A DNA stretch of 64,000 nucleotides from Cyanophora paradoxa CCMP329 (lineage: Eukaryota; Plantae; Glaucophyta): assembly GCA_004431415.1 (NCBI GenBank), contig QPMI01000044.1, positions 124,001 through 188,000 on the forward strand. The letters are read 5' to 3'. This document shows positions 1 through 12,415 of the stretch, piece after piece. How positions within the stretch are numbered: position 1 is the first letter of the stretch; each line of letters begins with the position of its first letter. The notes below the pieces were generated by a model. That model was not told the DNA's origin and ran no database searches. It saw only the letters and a program-made list of their open reading frames with translations. The translations under genes and the position numbers were made by a program.

Positions 1-120
1 TCCGTCTGTCTCGGTCCGTGCCACCCCTCGCCCCGCCCATCCCAACCCTTCTCCGCCGCTCGACTCTGCCTGCCCTGATCGAAGGCCTCTGATGACCTTG
101 CAATTGCATTATTCGCGAAG

Positions 121-1104
121 GTGCCCTCTGAGACTGCCGAAGATGACCTGGCCGTGCTGGGGTCCCTTCCGGCGCTCACAAGCGTGGGGCCACTTGAGAT
201 CCGCACGCGTGACAAAGATCCAGAGAGCCTCGTCGCCCGCTTGAACGGCCTCGCCGCCGTCCTCGAGCGCTCTTCCTCGTTGACCGATCTCCGGCTCGAA
301 ATTTGTGCATCCGGATCCCCAATTAATTTCCTGCTAGCGCTTGTCCCGCTCTGACGGGGGTCCCTGCAATTTTCCTTGTTGTCAAGAGCTCACGACGCAA
401 CAGACTCTCTGCCTCTGGAGGCGTCCCCGGCGCTCGCTCGGCTCATCACGACTGGTGCCCTTCGACGGCGGCTCGCCATAGATCTTCGAATTCATGCAAG
501 GGAACCGCGGCCGGAGGTCGAGGAGGCCCTGGCTGCGCTGGGCTCCTGCCCGGGACTCACGAGCTTGGGGAGGCTAAGTTCTTGCGGTGAGGCTGTTCCA
601 ACGGTCTTGAACGGCCTCGCGGCGGCCTTCGAGCGCTCCTCCTCGCTTACCGACCTCGAGCTATTCATCGAGCTCTGTGCGGCCCTTTTTTCCCCTCTTA
701 GCTCACATGTACATGCCTCGTTAGAGCTAACGAGGCATGTACATGTGCAACAGACGATTTGCTACCGGAGGCACTGGCGGCGCTCGCGCGGCTGGCCAGC
801 GCGGCCCGCGGGCGCTTTTCCCTCGCGGTCCGGCTCGTGGTGGGGCGATTGCAAGACCGCGCGCGGGCCAAATTCATTTGAGGGGGTAGCCGCGGCGCTG
901 GCGGCCTCCCCGCCCCGCAGCCTTGCCCTCGGCCTCTGCGTATACGGAGACGAAGCAGACGTCGTGATCAGCCGCCTGAAGGGCCTCGCCGCCTTCGCCT
1001 TCGCCGGCTGTTTGAATTCCACGGGGGACATCGAGGTCTGCGAGCTCTGCAGCTGGCCTCTGGGCGGGGCCGCCTTGATTAGCTTCCTGGCGGCTTGCAA
1101 TTAA
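121..1104 (+). CDS. Internal/3' exons of a spliced leucine-rich-repeat (RNI-like) protein; boundaries uncertain
   Basis: Two exons repeat the same Leu-rich unit (LAVLGSLPALTSVG...LNGLAAVLERSSSLTDLRLEI and LAALGSCPGLTSLG...LNGLAAAFERSSSLTDLELFIEL). Each is followed by a GTGC donor (~305, ~677) and a short intron with CTGAC/CTAAC and AG. Confidence 0.45.
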
Positions 1105-1964
1105 TATTGCGGTTATATATAATTATTAATTGAAGACGCCCGCAGGTACGCTTGAAGAGTACCGCGGCCGAGAGCGCGCGCGTGCGGTGCGCCGCACGTG
1201 AATCTGCGGCCAAAGCCCTCCCCACTGCCCGTATCCTGATGCGCGACGACGATGATGAATGGTAGCCCTAGTAGCCGTAGCTTTCAAGTTTATTTGAACG
1301 TTTAACCACAAATTAAACCAACTTTTGCCGGCAAATTCGCACTCGCGCTAATTACTAACACGAAACGCGAAAATTTTGACTCGGAGAGCTCTAAATTTGA
1401 TATTCGAGATGACGTTGAGCCCCTAGGCCTGGGCAAGCAACGATCACGATCATAACTTGGGACGATACTTCATATATTACGAATACTAGGATCATGAGAC
1501 AAGACAATATTACGAACTCTAGTACAGGCTAATTACCAAGACTCTCGATCGCGAGGGGCGCGGGATCAGGAACGATCGAGCGAGAGCGTGCGCACAGTAA
1601 ACGGGCCTCTCTCAACGGATTCGAGCACCAGATGACTCGCTGCCAAGGCGAAGAAAAATCATTACCAACAATAAATCCCGTGAGGAGGAGGGTTCAGAGG
1701 CTCAGAAACATGAGTCACAATAATCCAAGAATGCAGTCAAAGCATATATCGGAAGAATTTCGCGCCGAGGCGGAGCATAAGTAAGACAGACTATCGGAAA
1801 GAGAAACGCGGTGCTCCAGACCGGAAAGAAGAGCAAGCATGAACGGCGTGGGTGACGATCGGTAGACTATCTGTAATAAAGCATTGGCGAAAGAGACCGA
1901 AAACGTAAAAAAGAGATCGAAATCTACGTGAAAGCCCGCAGCCGTAAGCGTCCCGGGGACGGGT

Positions 1965-3880
1965 GCTATCAGAAAGTATTGGGCTTCTATCAGAAAGAGA
2001 AGCAAGTGTGACTTGTACAATTACGATTGGGCTCTCAGGGTGAAAGAAATCGAAATCGAAAGCTACTTCCAAAAGCAAGCGCGCGCCTCGAGGCCCTGGA
2101 CCTGGCCCCTGGCCGCCCGGGGAAGGGTGGCGGTGCGGCAGACGGGCGCCGGCGCGGCTAGCTCCCCTGCCACTGGGCCTTCAGGGTGAGGGCCAAGAGC
2201 GTAAAAAGTCGCCTTGATGCTCTAGATTGGCCGGCCCGGGGAAGGCCTTGCACTTCAGCCTTGCCACTGGGCCTTCAGGGTGAGGGCCAAGAGCGTAAAA
2301 AGTCGCCTTGATGCTCTAGATTGGCCGGCCCGGGGAAGGCCTTGCACTTCAGCCTTGCCACTGGGCCTTCAGGGTGAGGGCCAAGAGCGTAAAAAGTCGC
2401 CTTGATGCTCTAGATTGGCCGGCCCGGGGAAGGCCTTGCACTTCAGCCTTGCCACTGGGCCTTCAGGGTGAGGGCCAAGAGCGTAAAAAGTCGCCTTGAT
2501 GCTCTAGATTGGCCGGCCCGGGGAAGGCCTTGCACTTCAGCCTTGCCACTGGGCCTTCAGGGTGAGGGCCAAGAGCGTAAAAAGTCGCCTTGATGCTCTA
2601 GATTGGCCGGCCCGGGGAAGGCCTTGCACTTCAGCCTTGCCACTGGGCCTTCAGGGTGAGGGCCAAGAGCGTAAAAAGTCGCCTTGATGCTCTAGATTGG
2701 CCGGCCCGGGAAGGCCTTGCACTTCAGCCTTGCCACTGGGCCTTCAGGGTGAGGGCCAAGAGCGTAAAAAGTCGCCTTGATGCTCTAGATTGGCCGGCCC
2801 GGGGAAGGCCTTGCACTTCAGCCTTGCCACTGGGCCTTCAGGGTGAGGGCCAAGAGCGTAAAAAGTCGCCTTGATGCTCTAGATTGGCCGGCCCGGGGAA
2901 GGCCTTGCACTTCAGCCTTGCCACTGGGCCTTCAGGGTGAGGGCCAAGAGCGTAAAAAGTCGCCTTGATGCTCTAGATTGGCCGGCCCGGGGAAGGCCTT
3001 GCACTTCAGCCTTGCCACTGGGCCTTCAGGGTGAGGGCCAAGAGCGTAAAAAGTCGCCTTGATGCTCTAGATTGGCCGGCCCGGGGAAGGCCTTGCACTT
3101 CAGCCTTGCCACTGGGCCTTCAGGGTGAGGGCCAAGAGCGTAAAAAGTCGCCTTGATGCTCTAGATTGGCCGGCCCGGGGAAGGCCTTGCACTTCAGCCT
3201 TGCCACTGGGCCTTCAGGGTGAGGGCCAAGAGCGTAAAAAGTCGCCTTGATGCTCTAGATTGGCCGGCCCGGGGAAGGCCTTGCACTTCAGCCTTGCCAC
3301 TGGGCCTTCAGGGTGAGGGCCTTCAGTGTAAGGGGCTGAGGCCCTTCAGCCTTGGGATTGGGCCTTCAGTGTAAGGACTCGGATCGGATCGCTATCAGAA
3401 AGTATTGAAAGTATTGGGCTTCTATCAGAAAGAGAAGCGAAAAGTCTATCAGAAAGTCTATCGGAAAGAGAAGCAAGTGTGACTTGTACAATTACGAGTG
3501 GGCCTTCAGGGTGAGATGGTGCCGGTGCCGGTGATTCAGCCTTGCGATTGGGCTCTCAGAAAGTATTGGCCTTCTATCAGAAAGAGAAGCTTCTACCAGA
3601 AAGAGAAGCTTCTTCTATATTGGGACTTGTACAATTACGATTGGGCTCTCAGGGCGAGGGCCCGGATCGCTATCAGAAAGTATTGGGCTTCTATCAGAAA
3701 GAGAAGCAAGTGTGACCATGAGCCCGTGGCCGGCCCGAGGAAGGCCTTGCAATTCAGCCGTGCGATTGGGCTCTCAGGGTGAGCTCGAGGGCCCCCTAGC
3801 CGCCCGGGAAAGGGTCGCGGTGCGGCAGACGGGCGCCGGTGCGGCAGTACTAGTTCCCTTGCGATTGGGCCTTCAGTGCG
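1965..3880. repeat. Nested repeat field of ~50-75 bp modules surrounding the 94-bp array
   Basis: GCTATCAGAAAGTATTGGGCTTCTATCAGAAAGAGAAGCAAGTGTGAC-like module at ~1965, ~3391, ~3555 and ~3669. The segment ~2090-2180 is similar to ~3786-3877. Confidence 0.85.
2168..3321. repeat. Tandem array, 94-bp unit, 12 full copies plus a partial copy
   Basis: Unit TGCCACTGGGCCTTCAGGGTGAGGGCCAAGAGCGTAAAAAGTCGCCTTGATGCTCTAGATTGGCCGGCCCGGGGAAGGCCTTGCACTTCAGCCT starts at 2168, 2262, 2356, 2450 ... 3295. Copies are identical except for one missing G near 2710. Confidence 0.97.
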
Positions 3881-6800
3881 AGGGCCCGGATCGCGAGCAC
3901 GTGGCCGAGCAGCGCCCCCAGCTGCCCCCGCGCCCCTGTACCCCCCTCCGCCATGGCCAGCTCCTTCAGCCTCCCGGGGAGGAGGTCCTGTGGAGGGGGG
4001 GGGGGGGGGGGGGGGGGCGAAGGAGTCGGCGGGCACGCGATCGAGCGGCGGGGAGGGGTACGAGGAACTCGAACCTTCATGAGGTAGCCGTGAAGGCTCA
4101 CCCGGAAGGCCGTGGTCCCGGGGGGAAGGTCACGACCCAAGTCCTGGGGGGTGGGGGTACTCAGCGGCCGGGGAGGGGTCGACGTCGAAGGAGCAGCTCA
4201 TGGGGGTGCGCACGTGAAGGAGCCCCCAGACGCACAGGGGCGCGTCGGGGTGTCCCACGAGGGGAAGAAATGCCGCTTCCGGGTCCCGAACCAGGTTCTC
4301 CAGGACAGCGGGGGCGGTCGCTGCGCCCTCAGGTGAGACCGACCGGTTTTTTCTGCACGAAAAAGAACGGCGTACCCGTAGGGTTGAGCCCGCGGAGGAA
4401 CGCGACGCGTTCGACGAAGGGACGCTGGAGGGGGTACAGGTCGTTGGGGAGCGGCCGGACCACAAGCGGGGGCCGGTCGAGGAAGATCTCGGGGCGGGAC
4501 CTGCGCGGGCGTGGCGTCGGGGGGCGTACTCGCGCGCGCACTCCGACGAGGTCCCCGGGGGTACAGGTGCGCACGCGATCAGGCGCTCGATGTGGGCGGG
4601 GAACGGGCAACCGGGCTGCAGCACGCTGTCGGCCCAGAACTGGGCCTCTGCCTGGAACCACACGCCCAGGTCGCCGGCCGCCAGCTCCGGGGGCGGCTCG
4701 TGCCGGACCGGGGGTACCCCGAGCCCCATAACGGCCGGGCCCATGCTGGCCCACAGGGCGGCCGCGCGGAGCGCGGCCTCGGGGGGTAGGGGCGAGCCGG
4801 GCGGGATGGCCTGGCATTCTATAATTAGCCTCGCGTAGGCGTCGGCGGCCTGCTCGGGGGGCAGCTCCGTGTAGAGGGCGGAGAGGGTCTCCGGGGCGAG
4901 GTTCGAGGGGCTGGAACTCTGGGAAATCCGGTGCCGGTCCTGCGCGGCCGCGCGCATCGCCTCCTGCCACGCGCGCGGGTCGACGCGCGGCTGAGGCGGA
5001 GGCGGAGGCGCCGCCTCCGGAGGCCTAGGGGCCTCCCCCCTTTGCTGGGCCTGGGCCTGCGCCTGGGCGGGATGGGCCCAGGAGGGCGGGGGCCGGGGGT
5101 ACGCGTGCGACGGGGCTGCCGCTTCCGGCGCCCAGGCGGCCGGCGGCGTCGGCTGCGCCTGGTCGAGATGGCCCGGCGGAGGCGCCGCCGTGGGCGGCGG
5201 CAGCGCAGGCGGCGCCCAGCCGGCCGGCGTCGAAATCTCCAAGGGAAGTGGTGCCGACGGGTGCGCTGGCGCAGCGGGCGGGGAAGGGGAAGAAGGGCCG
5301 GCACCGGCGCCGGCCGGCCGCGGCGCGTCGCGGGGCGGACCTCCCACAGGCGGCGCCCAGGCGGCCGCCGATGACGGCGGCGGAAGCTGCGGCTGTTGCC
5401 GCGGCTGCGCCTGGTCGAGATGGACCAAGCCGAAGGGTGGCGGAGAAGCGTGTGCCGGGTCGAGGCGAGCAGCAGCAGCAGAAGCAGCTGCGGCCGGCGG
5501 ATCGGGGGGCTGGAGTCGGCCGACGGCTTCCAGGCCGAGGCCGCGGCTACTGGCCATGGCCGCGGTCGGCGCTGAGTTGGAGACCGGAGCGGGATGCTCG
5601 GACGGCGCCGCGCATCCCTCGCCCAGCGGTGCTGCTGCCGTGTACGAGCGGACGAGGATGCAGCCGTGGACGGGCGGTGCTTCCGGCGCCTCCACGTGCA
5701 ACTCGAAGTGCCGCCCCTCGTGCCAGGACTGACGCTCATGCGTGAGGCGCGAGCGGCAGGCCATGGCCGGCGCGGCGGGGCGGGGCGGCGGACCGAAGTG
5801 GCAACGATTGCGAAGCTCTCGCGGGAGAGGCCGGCGCGGTCGAGGGTCAGGCGCAAGGCGCAGCAGCGGCGGCCCTCGCCGGCCCCCTCGAAATGAAGGA
5901 GGGAAAATTCCGGGTCCTCTGCGCACAGCGTTGCGTACAGCACCGGCGCCCCGTCCACTGCGCCCCGTCCGGCGTCAGCCATGGATCAGATCAGCGCAGC
6001 GAGCGGTGGGGCGGGGCAGAAACGAGCCCGCATATCGAAGCGAGACGGTCAGGGTCCGGCCGGCCCAGAGGCCCGCGGCCCCGGAGGCGTCGCGCAGCTG
6101 CAGCTTCAAGCGGCACTTTGTAGTCACCGTGTAGAAAACGAAGCCCGCCCCCTCGTCATCCGCCGCCATGGGCGAGTAGACTGTCGCCCTGCGCCGCCCC
6201 CGTGATCAGCGCTCCGACCGGCCGGCCCGCCTCAGGCTGGGCCCCCACCGGTTTTGCCCGAGGGTCATGAGAACGAAGGTCGTTCCCGCCGCGCTGGGCG
6301 CCGGGCCGGCGCCCTCCTTCCCCTCCACGCGCGCCGCCGGCGCGGGCGTCGGCGCCCCTCCATCCTCCGAGCTCGCTTGCGGGGGCTGCCGACGGGCCGC
6401 ACGCGCATCTGACGGAAGTAAGCGAGCAGGGTCGAGAGAAGCGCACACGGGGGGCTCGGACCACGTGAAGTACCTAGTGGGACGGGTGCCGAGGCTGCGA
6501 CAGCAGGAGGGACCACCGACGCCGCTTGGAGGGCCCGCTCCGCGGCCGCCGCCGCCGCCGCTCGGGTCGCCTCGGCTCGCGATTGCGCGCCGTTCGCCCC
6601 CTCGAGCAGGCTCTGGATAGGAACGCGCAGGAGCGGCCCGGCGGGGCCGGCCGGCGGAGGCTGCGGCGGGGCTGAGGACGGCGGCCGCGCCTCGTCGGAA
6701 CGGCGGCGGCTCGACGCGGAGGGCTCCCCCGCCCCGCCCCCGCCCCCGCCTCCGCCTGCGGTGGCGCGGGGCCGCTGCCGCCGGAGTTCTGCATGGCGCG

Positions 6801-9385
6801 AAGGGCGGCGGCGGCGCCGGCAAACACGGCCGACCGGAGGGCCTCCTGCAGCGCCGAGGGCTCGAGGTCGGCCCGCCGAGCGAGGCGCGGAGACGGCTGG
6901 GGCGGCTGGGCGGCCTGGGCCTGGCCCTGGGGAGCACGGGGAGACGGGGCGCGATCGGCGGCGTGCGCGGGGCGCAGCTGCGCGGCCGCTAGGATGGCCG
7001 CCCCCCACCCGCTCCGCCATGCGGCGTCAGGGGGAGACGGCTGGGGCTGGGGCTGGGGCTGGGGCTGCGGCTGCGGCCGCGGCTCGGCGCGCTGGGCGGG
7101 GAGCTGAGGGTCCGCCTGCAGCCTCGCAGACGGCGGCGGCGGATACTGAGGCTCCAGCGGAGGCTGCGGCTGGGGGGAAGGAGCGGAGGAGGCGGGGGGA
7201 CGGAGAGAGGCGCGCTCGGGGGTACGCGGACGCTTGCGGGACGCCCTAGCCGAGGATGCGGCTGAGCGGGGCGGAGGCGGAGGCGGCGGCTGGGCCAGGG
7301 AAGCGTGCGGAGGCAGGGCCCCCACGGCGGCGCCCGCGTGGCGCAGCTGCGCGTCCGCGAGGAAGGCCCGCGCCCATCCGCCCCGGCAGGCGGCGTCAGG
7401 GGGAGACGGCTGCGGCTGCTGCTGCGCTTGCGGCTGCGGCTGCGCTGCCGTGAGCAGGGCCTCCCCCTCCCATCGCGGTCCAGCTCCTTCGTCCACGTCG
7501 GGGGACGGGGGCGTAGGAGGCCGAGCCTCCGCGGGGGAACGGGGAGGGGGCCGCGGGGGGTGCCCCGGCTCAGGTGAGCTTGCCGGCGGCTGAGAGCTTG
7601 CATGCCGGTGGGGGGTAGAGGAAAGGGACGGCGCGCAGGGGGGGCCGGCCGCCGGCTCGGGTACAGGCGGGAGCGGGGGGGGTACCGGCGGCCCCGAAGA
7701 AGAAGGGGCTTGACGGCGGCGATCGACGGCGGCCCGTCGCCCGCGGGCGCTCGGGCTCCCCCGCTCGCGCTCCGGCCGCCGGCCCCGGCGGCCCGGACCC
7801 CCGGCCGCCAAAAGCGGGAGCGACGGGGCCGGTCGCGGGTCGCCGCCGGCCTCCGTCGGGCCGGCGCCGCGCCCCGCGCCCTCGCCGCCCCCCTCGTCCT
7901 CCTCGTCCTTGACGACGACGCGGCGCCTGCGGCGGGGCGGCCGCGGCGAGAACAGCTCTTCGTCCTCGTCGCCCTCCTCCTCGCCGCCGCTCGCGCCGCT
8001 CCCGTCGCCAGAAGACCGTTCCTCCTCCTCCTCCACTGGAGACGCCGCACCGCTCCCGCCCGAGGCGGAGGCGGCGCGGCCGGAGGCCCGCCGCCCCCAC
8101 TCCCCCTTCCCCCCCTCCGCCGAGTCCTCTGGCCCCGCCAGCCGCCGCCGGAACGACGGCCGCGCCTTCCGCGGCGCTTTTCCTAATGCGCTGCCGTTGC
8201 CGCTGCTGCTGCCGCCGGCGCCGCCCTCCGAGCGACTCCTCTTCTCTTCGGTCCCTCCGGTCCGACCCGCCGCCGCCGCCGCCGTCGACTTGTGCGAGAT
8301 TCTTGCCATGGCGGCCACCGAGGCGCGCCGGGGTACGTAGACGAAGTCTCGCAGGTCCGCCGGTTCGGGGCGGAAGTCGAAGTGGGGTACCGGAGGATGG
8401 ATTTGCGGTCGGGGGGAGACCTGAGGGGAGGGTACGGGGGAGGCCCGCGGCTCGTCGGAGGGCCATGGCTGTAACGGCCTCTGCACCGGCGTCGGGCTGA
8501 AGGGATTCGGCAGCCTGCGGGAGTACCGGCGTCAAGGCTTCGAAGAGGGTATAAGGGGTGAGGGCAGCGTGGGAGAAGGGGGGGGGGGGGGGGTAGCGGA
8601 CTTTTCGAGCACTTCGTACTTCTTCAGGAACCTCTTTAAGCGCTTGAAGCCCTCCTCGCTCCGGGCCTCCGGACCGTTGGGATCCTTGAACCCCACCCGC
8701 TCGCTCGCATTCGGGCCGAACAGCGCGCCCCACCAGCGCTCCGACTCGTAGCCTGCCCCGGGGCGGCGTGAGCGGCGCGGGCTCGCTGGGAAGGGCTGAA
8801 GGCGGCGTGCGGCGAGGCGCACGGGCATTGGGGACGAGCCGGCGGGCGCCCGGCCCCAGGCAGATGAGGTTGAGCCGGTCGAGGTTCCGGGCTGCCTTCT
8901 CCTCCGAGTCCACCAGCGGCGTGCGAATCTTCTGAAGAGAGACACGGCGCATCGTCAGAGGCCGCGCGAAGGGCCGGTGCCGGGGCCGGGTACGGACGCA
9001 CAGACAACTTCAGCGCTAGCCTGCCGCTCCAGCGAAAGAAGGACCGCCAGCGCGGAGCAGCCTCGGCGGGGCGCCTCTCATCCACGTACAGGAGCACCCC
9101 GGGGTACCGGGACGTCGGTTCAGCTGCAGGCGCGCGCTGCGCGCCGCCGCCGCACGGCTCCCGAGACGGCCCCGCGCCCGGCTCCTCAGCTTCCTCCTCA
9201 TCTATTCCTACGATGTCTATCGGATCCTCCTCTTCTTCCAGCGCCGCATTCGAATTCCCGCCGGCGCCTGCAGCGGCGCGCGGCGAGTTGCGGGTCAGCC
9301 GCGGCGCGCCGCCATGGGCGCTTGGGCGCGAGCAGCGATCTCCTTGCATGTTAAGAACCGATCTAGGAGGGATAGGAGGTCGCAC
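3850..9385 (-). CDS. Family copy 1: spliced AP2-like + STAT-like/CudA-like + unknown C-terminal domain protein (5' end approximate)
   Basis: Exons encode SRYPGVLLYVDERR..PRWRSFFRWS|KIRTPLVDSEEKAARNLDRLNLICLGPGA (8820-9115) and GYESERWWGALFGP. The module LKLQLRDASG..TLTVSLRY..FAIVATS|SWHEGRHFELHV lies at 5645-6290, AALWASMGPAVMGLG at ~4740, and the gene ends VLAIRALALKAQSQGN* at 3850. Blocks are collinear with the other four copies. Confidence 0.7.
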
Positions 9386-10176
9386 TGGGCTTGGGGCCGG
9401 CGGGTTGCTTGGCGTCGGAGCGCGGCGAGAGGATCAAATTACGAACGGCGAGGGGCCGCGGCGCGGGGCGCTCCTCGGAGAGATCGACTGGCATGGAGAG
9501 AGCCCGAATTCGACGGACACAGGGCAACAGGCCCGCAGCTCGCTGAGAAGGGACGCCGCTACCGCTCCGCCGAGAGCGGACAATTCGTCATGGGGACGTC
9601 CGTCGGAAGCCGCCGCCCGATCTGACACCTCGGCAGCACTCGAGCATAGCGCAAGTGCGAACAGCGAGCGGCTGTCACCTGTGCGAAGAGCGAAAATCCG
9701 CATCATATGCATGATGCGCGGACAAAGCAGAGCCAGGGGAGCTCCGGAATCGAATCGCTTATCGCACACAGTTTGATCCCAACGCACCGCGCACAGCGCT
9801 GTCGGCGATCGGAATGGGGCGCTTGGTCAGCTGCAGCTGGAGCTGCCGGTCAACGATTCCAGCTGGAAGGCGCTGTCCCTCGCACGCTGCGAGTCCCGGA
9901 GTCCATCAACGCCCAGCGGCTGCCGCGGTGCCGGCCGATGCCCACTGCTGTTGAACAATGCTCGTGACACTTGGTCGGAAGGGAGCGTTGCGAACTGGCC
10001 GGCTAGCAGTACCGATGTTGGTGCGGTGCTCCCGCCCAGCTCCTTAGCTGCCGAGGGGGGCAGGCATCGACCAGCCCTATCCAACAGCGGCCAGTCGAAG
10101 CCGTTTCGCCCGGCCCCGCGGGCCGACGGAAGTAGCCTCACAATAGCTTGTCGGAAGCGCCAGCTGCAGCATATGC

Positions 10177-11967
10177 ATGGAGAGATCTCGGGTCCGCTCG
10201 ATGATCCGGACCCTTTCCATGCGCACCCAGCGCGTCGCGCCCGAGCCGGCGGCCTCGTCGAGCCCGAGGCCAGCGCCCCGGTCCTCCTCCTTCCCGGCCA
10301 CTAAGCGAGGTGACGATGCCGCGAAGAGAGTGGCACACGATCTGCATCTAACGCGCGCCAGGGAAAGGGGCGCACGCTGTGGTGACGCCGGCCGCGCGGG
10401 CGCGGCCGGCGCGGCCGGCCGCCTCTCTGCTGGACCTGCCGACCCCGCTGCTCCTTCTCATCCTCGAGAGGTTGCCGCAGGAGGTGCGGCTTGCTCCGAT
10501 CACCCTCCGCCGCGCCGCCCCGCCGCACGGCAGCGCTTGACCCGCGGGCGCGCGCGCGTATAGGACCTCTTCCTCGGCTGCGCGCAGGCGTGCTCGGCGC
10601 TGCGTTCGCTCGTGTACGACGAGATCGTGTGGAAGGACTTCTCGCCCCGCTTCCCCGAGGTCGAGCCGGCGCGCTCGGCGCGGCGCACGGGCGGCGCCCC
10701 GCGCCCGCGTCCGCGGCCCTCGGCGCGCACCCTCGTGGCGTTCCTGCGGCGCATGGCGAGAACGCGGGGTACACCTTTGCCCGTGGAGTCGATGTCCCTG
10801 CCCGACGGGATGTGGCTCGACGAGGCGGGGGCGCGCGACGTCACGCGCGCCTTCGCCGCCTGCTCGCGCCTGGTTCGGCTCCGCCTGGGGCCCTTCCAGG
10901 TCAGCGAGGGCACGAGCGTCCGGCTCACGATGTCCCCGCTGGCCCCCGCGCTCCGCATCCACACGCCCTCCGCCCACGCCGCCGTCGCCGCCGTCGCCGC
11001 CGCCAACTGCCCGCGCCTCTCAAACCTCGAAATCGGTACCGCCCCCCCCCCCCCCCCCCCCGACCTTCGCCCCCCCATCCTTACCGTCACTCACGTACCC
11101 CCGCCAGACCTCCGGCCGGAGCCGGGCGGGCGCGTGGTATCCCTGGACCCGCTGGGCTCGGCCCCGGCCCTCTCTGGGCTCGCCATCTCAGCCCGCTGCA
11201 TCCTGGCGGGCCTCCCCGAGCTCCTCTTCCGCCTCAAATCCCTCTCCTGCCTCGAGCTCCGCCTACCCCCCGCCTCGGTAGGCCTCCTGGCCGCCGCGCA
11301 GCCCGACTGGCTCGCCCGCTCCGCCCCCTCCCTCGCCCGCCTGTCCCTTGAGGTCCTGGACGAGGGGGGTACGGGTGCCGGCGCGGGCGGGGGTACGGGT
11401 ACGGGTACGGCCTCCGGCGCCGGCCCCGACGCGCCCGGATCGCCCTCGGCCCCGCGCCCCGTACCCCCGAGGACGGCCCCCGGCTGCGCCCGGCCCCGCA
11501 CGCGATCGGGCTCGATGCCGTCCGCTCCCCCCGCGGCCGCGCCGCCCCCGCCGCCGCCGGACCCCGGCCCGCCCCTCGAGATCCCCGCCGGCCCGCCGGC
11601 GCTGGCCTGCGGCCGCTCCCTCGCCTCGATAAGGCTCGCCGGCCTTCCGCTCGCCCCGGGGGCCGGCCCCTCCGGCTTCGGGCACCTCCTCCTGGCCTCC
11701 CTCGCCCCCTCCGCCCGATCCCTCGAGCTCGAATCGTGCCCCGCGCCCGGCTGCCTCCTCGCCCTCGCCCGGTGGCCCGCCCTCGAGTCCCTCGCCGTCT
11801 CCCGCTGCCCGGGCCTCCGGGGCGTCCGCGTCGCCGCCTGCCCCGCCCTGCGCCGGCTCCACGCCGCCCCGTGCCCCGGCGAGGAGTCGGGCTGGAGCAC
11901 GAGGCTAGAGCCCTGCCCTGAGCCCGTCGAGCCCCCCCACTTGGGTTTCTCTGGAATCTGGTCGTGA
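10177..11967 (+). CDS. F-box / leucine-rich-repeat protein (spliced)
   Basis: Removing the GT-AG introns at ~10310-10360 and ~10484-10563 gives SLLDLPTPLLLLILERLPQE|DLFLGCAQACSALRSLVYDEIVWK, a typical F-box. LRR-like units follow (CSRLVRLRL, CPRLSNLEI, WPALESLAVSRCPGLRGVRVAACPALRRL). Confidence 0.8.
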
Positions 11968-12415
11968 AATGAGACGTGTTTTTCTAAAAACCGAGATCAA
12001 TTCTCCGATGCGATTGCCAGCGCTAGCTAGCCTAGTAGGGCGCGGGGCACTGGGCCGGGCAATGCATGAGGCAGCCTGGCAGTGAACGGCGCAATAAACT
12101 CGTATGTATACTAATAAACAGACACTGAGAATTACATCGCAGTCGTCATCGCGACTGCATGGGGCTCTTCTTAAAAAAGGGGGCCAGGCTCCGCCGCGCA
12201 CGCGGCAGATGCGTACGCTGCAGCTAAAGCGAATGGGACGCAAGCAAAGGGACCCGGGGGGAGTGGATCGGAGGGGACGCGGGAGGGGAGGGAGGAAAGA
12301 AGGGATACGGGGCGGAGTCGCCCAAGAGGGGCGAAAGAACAGAGAGGGAAGGCAGCGGCCGGTTTGGCCGTCAGATAAGAAGGAAGAAGAAGAAGAAGGA
12401 AGAAGAATGAATAAG

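Noticed and set aside
1560-2078. Lower-GC ORFs 1715-2020 and 1791-2078 as a foreign gene
   Set aside because: They are short, have no recognisable domain, and run into the repeat field.
2168-3321. CRISPR array, or tandem snRNA/5S/tRNA genes
   Set aside because: Units are contiguous and identical with no spacers, there are no cas genes, the context is eukaryotic, and no structural-RNA motif is recognisable.
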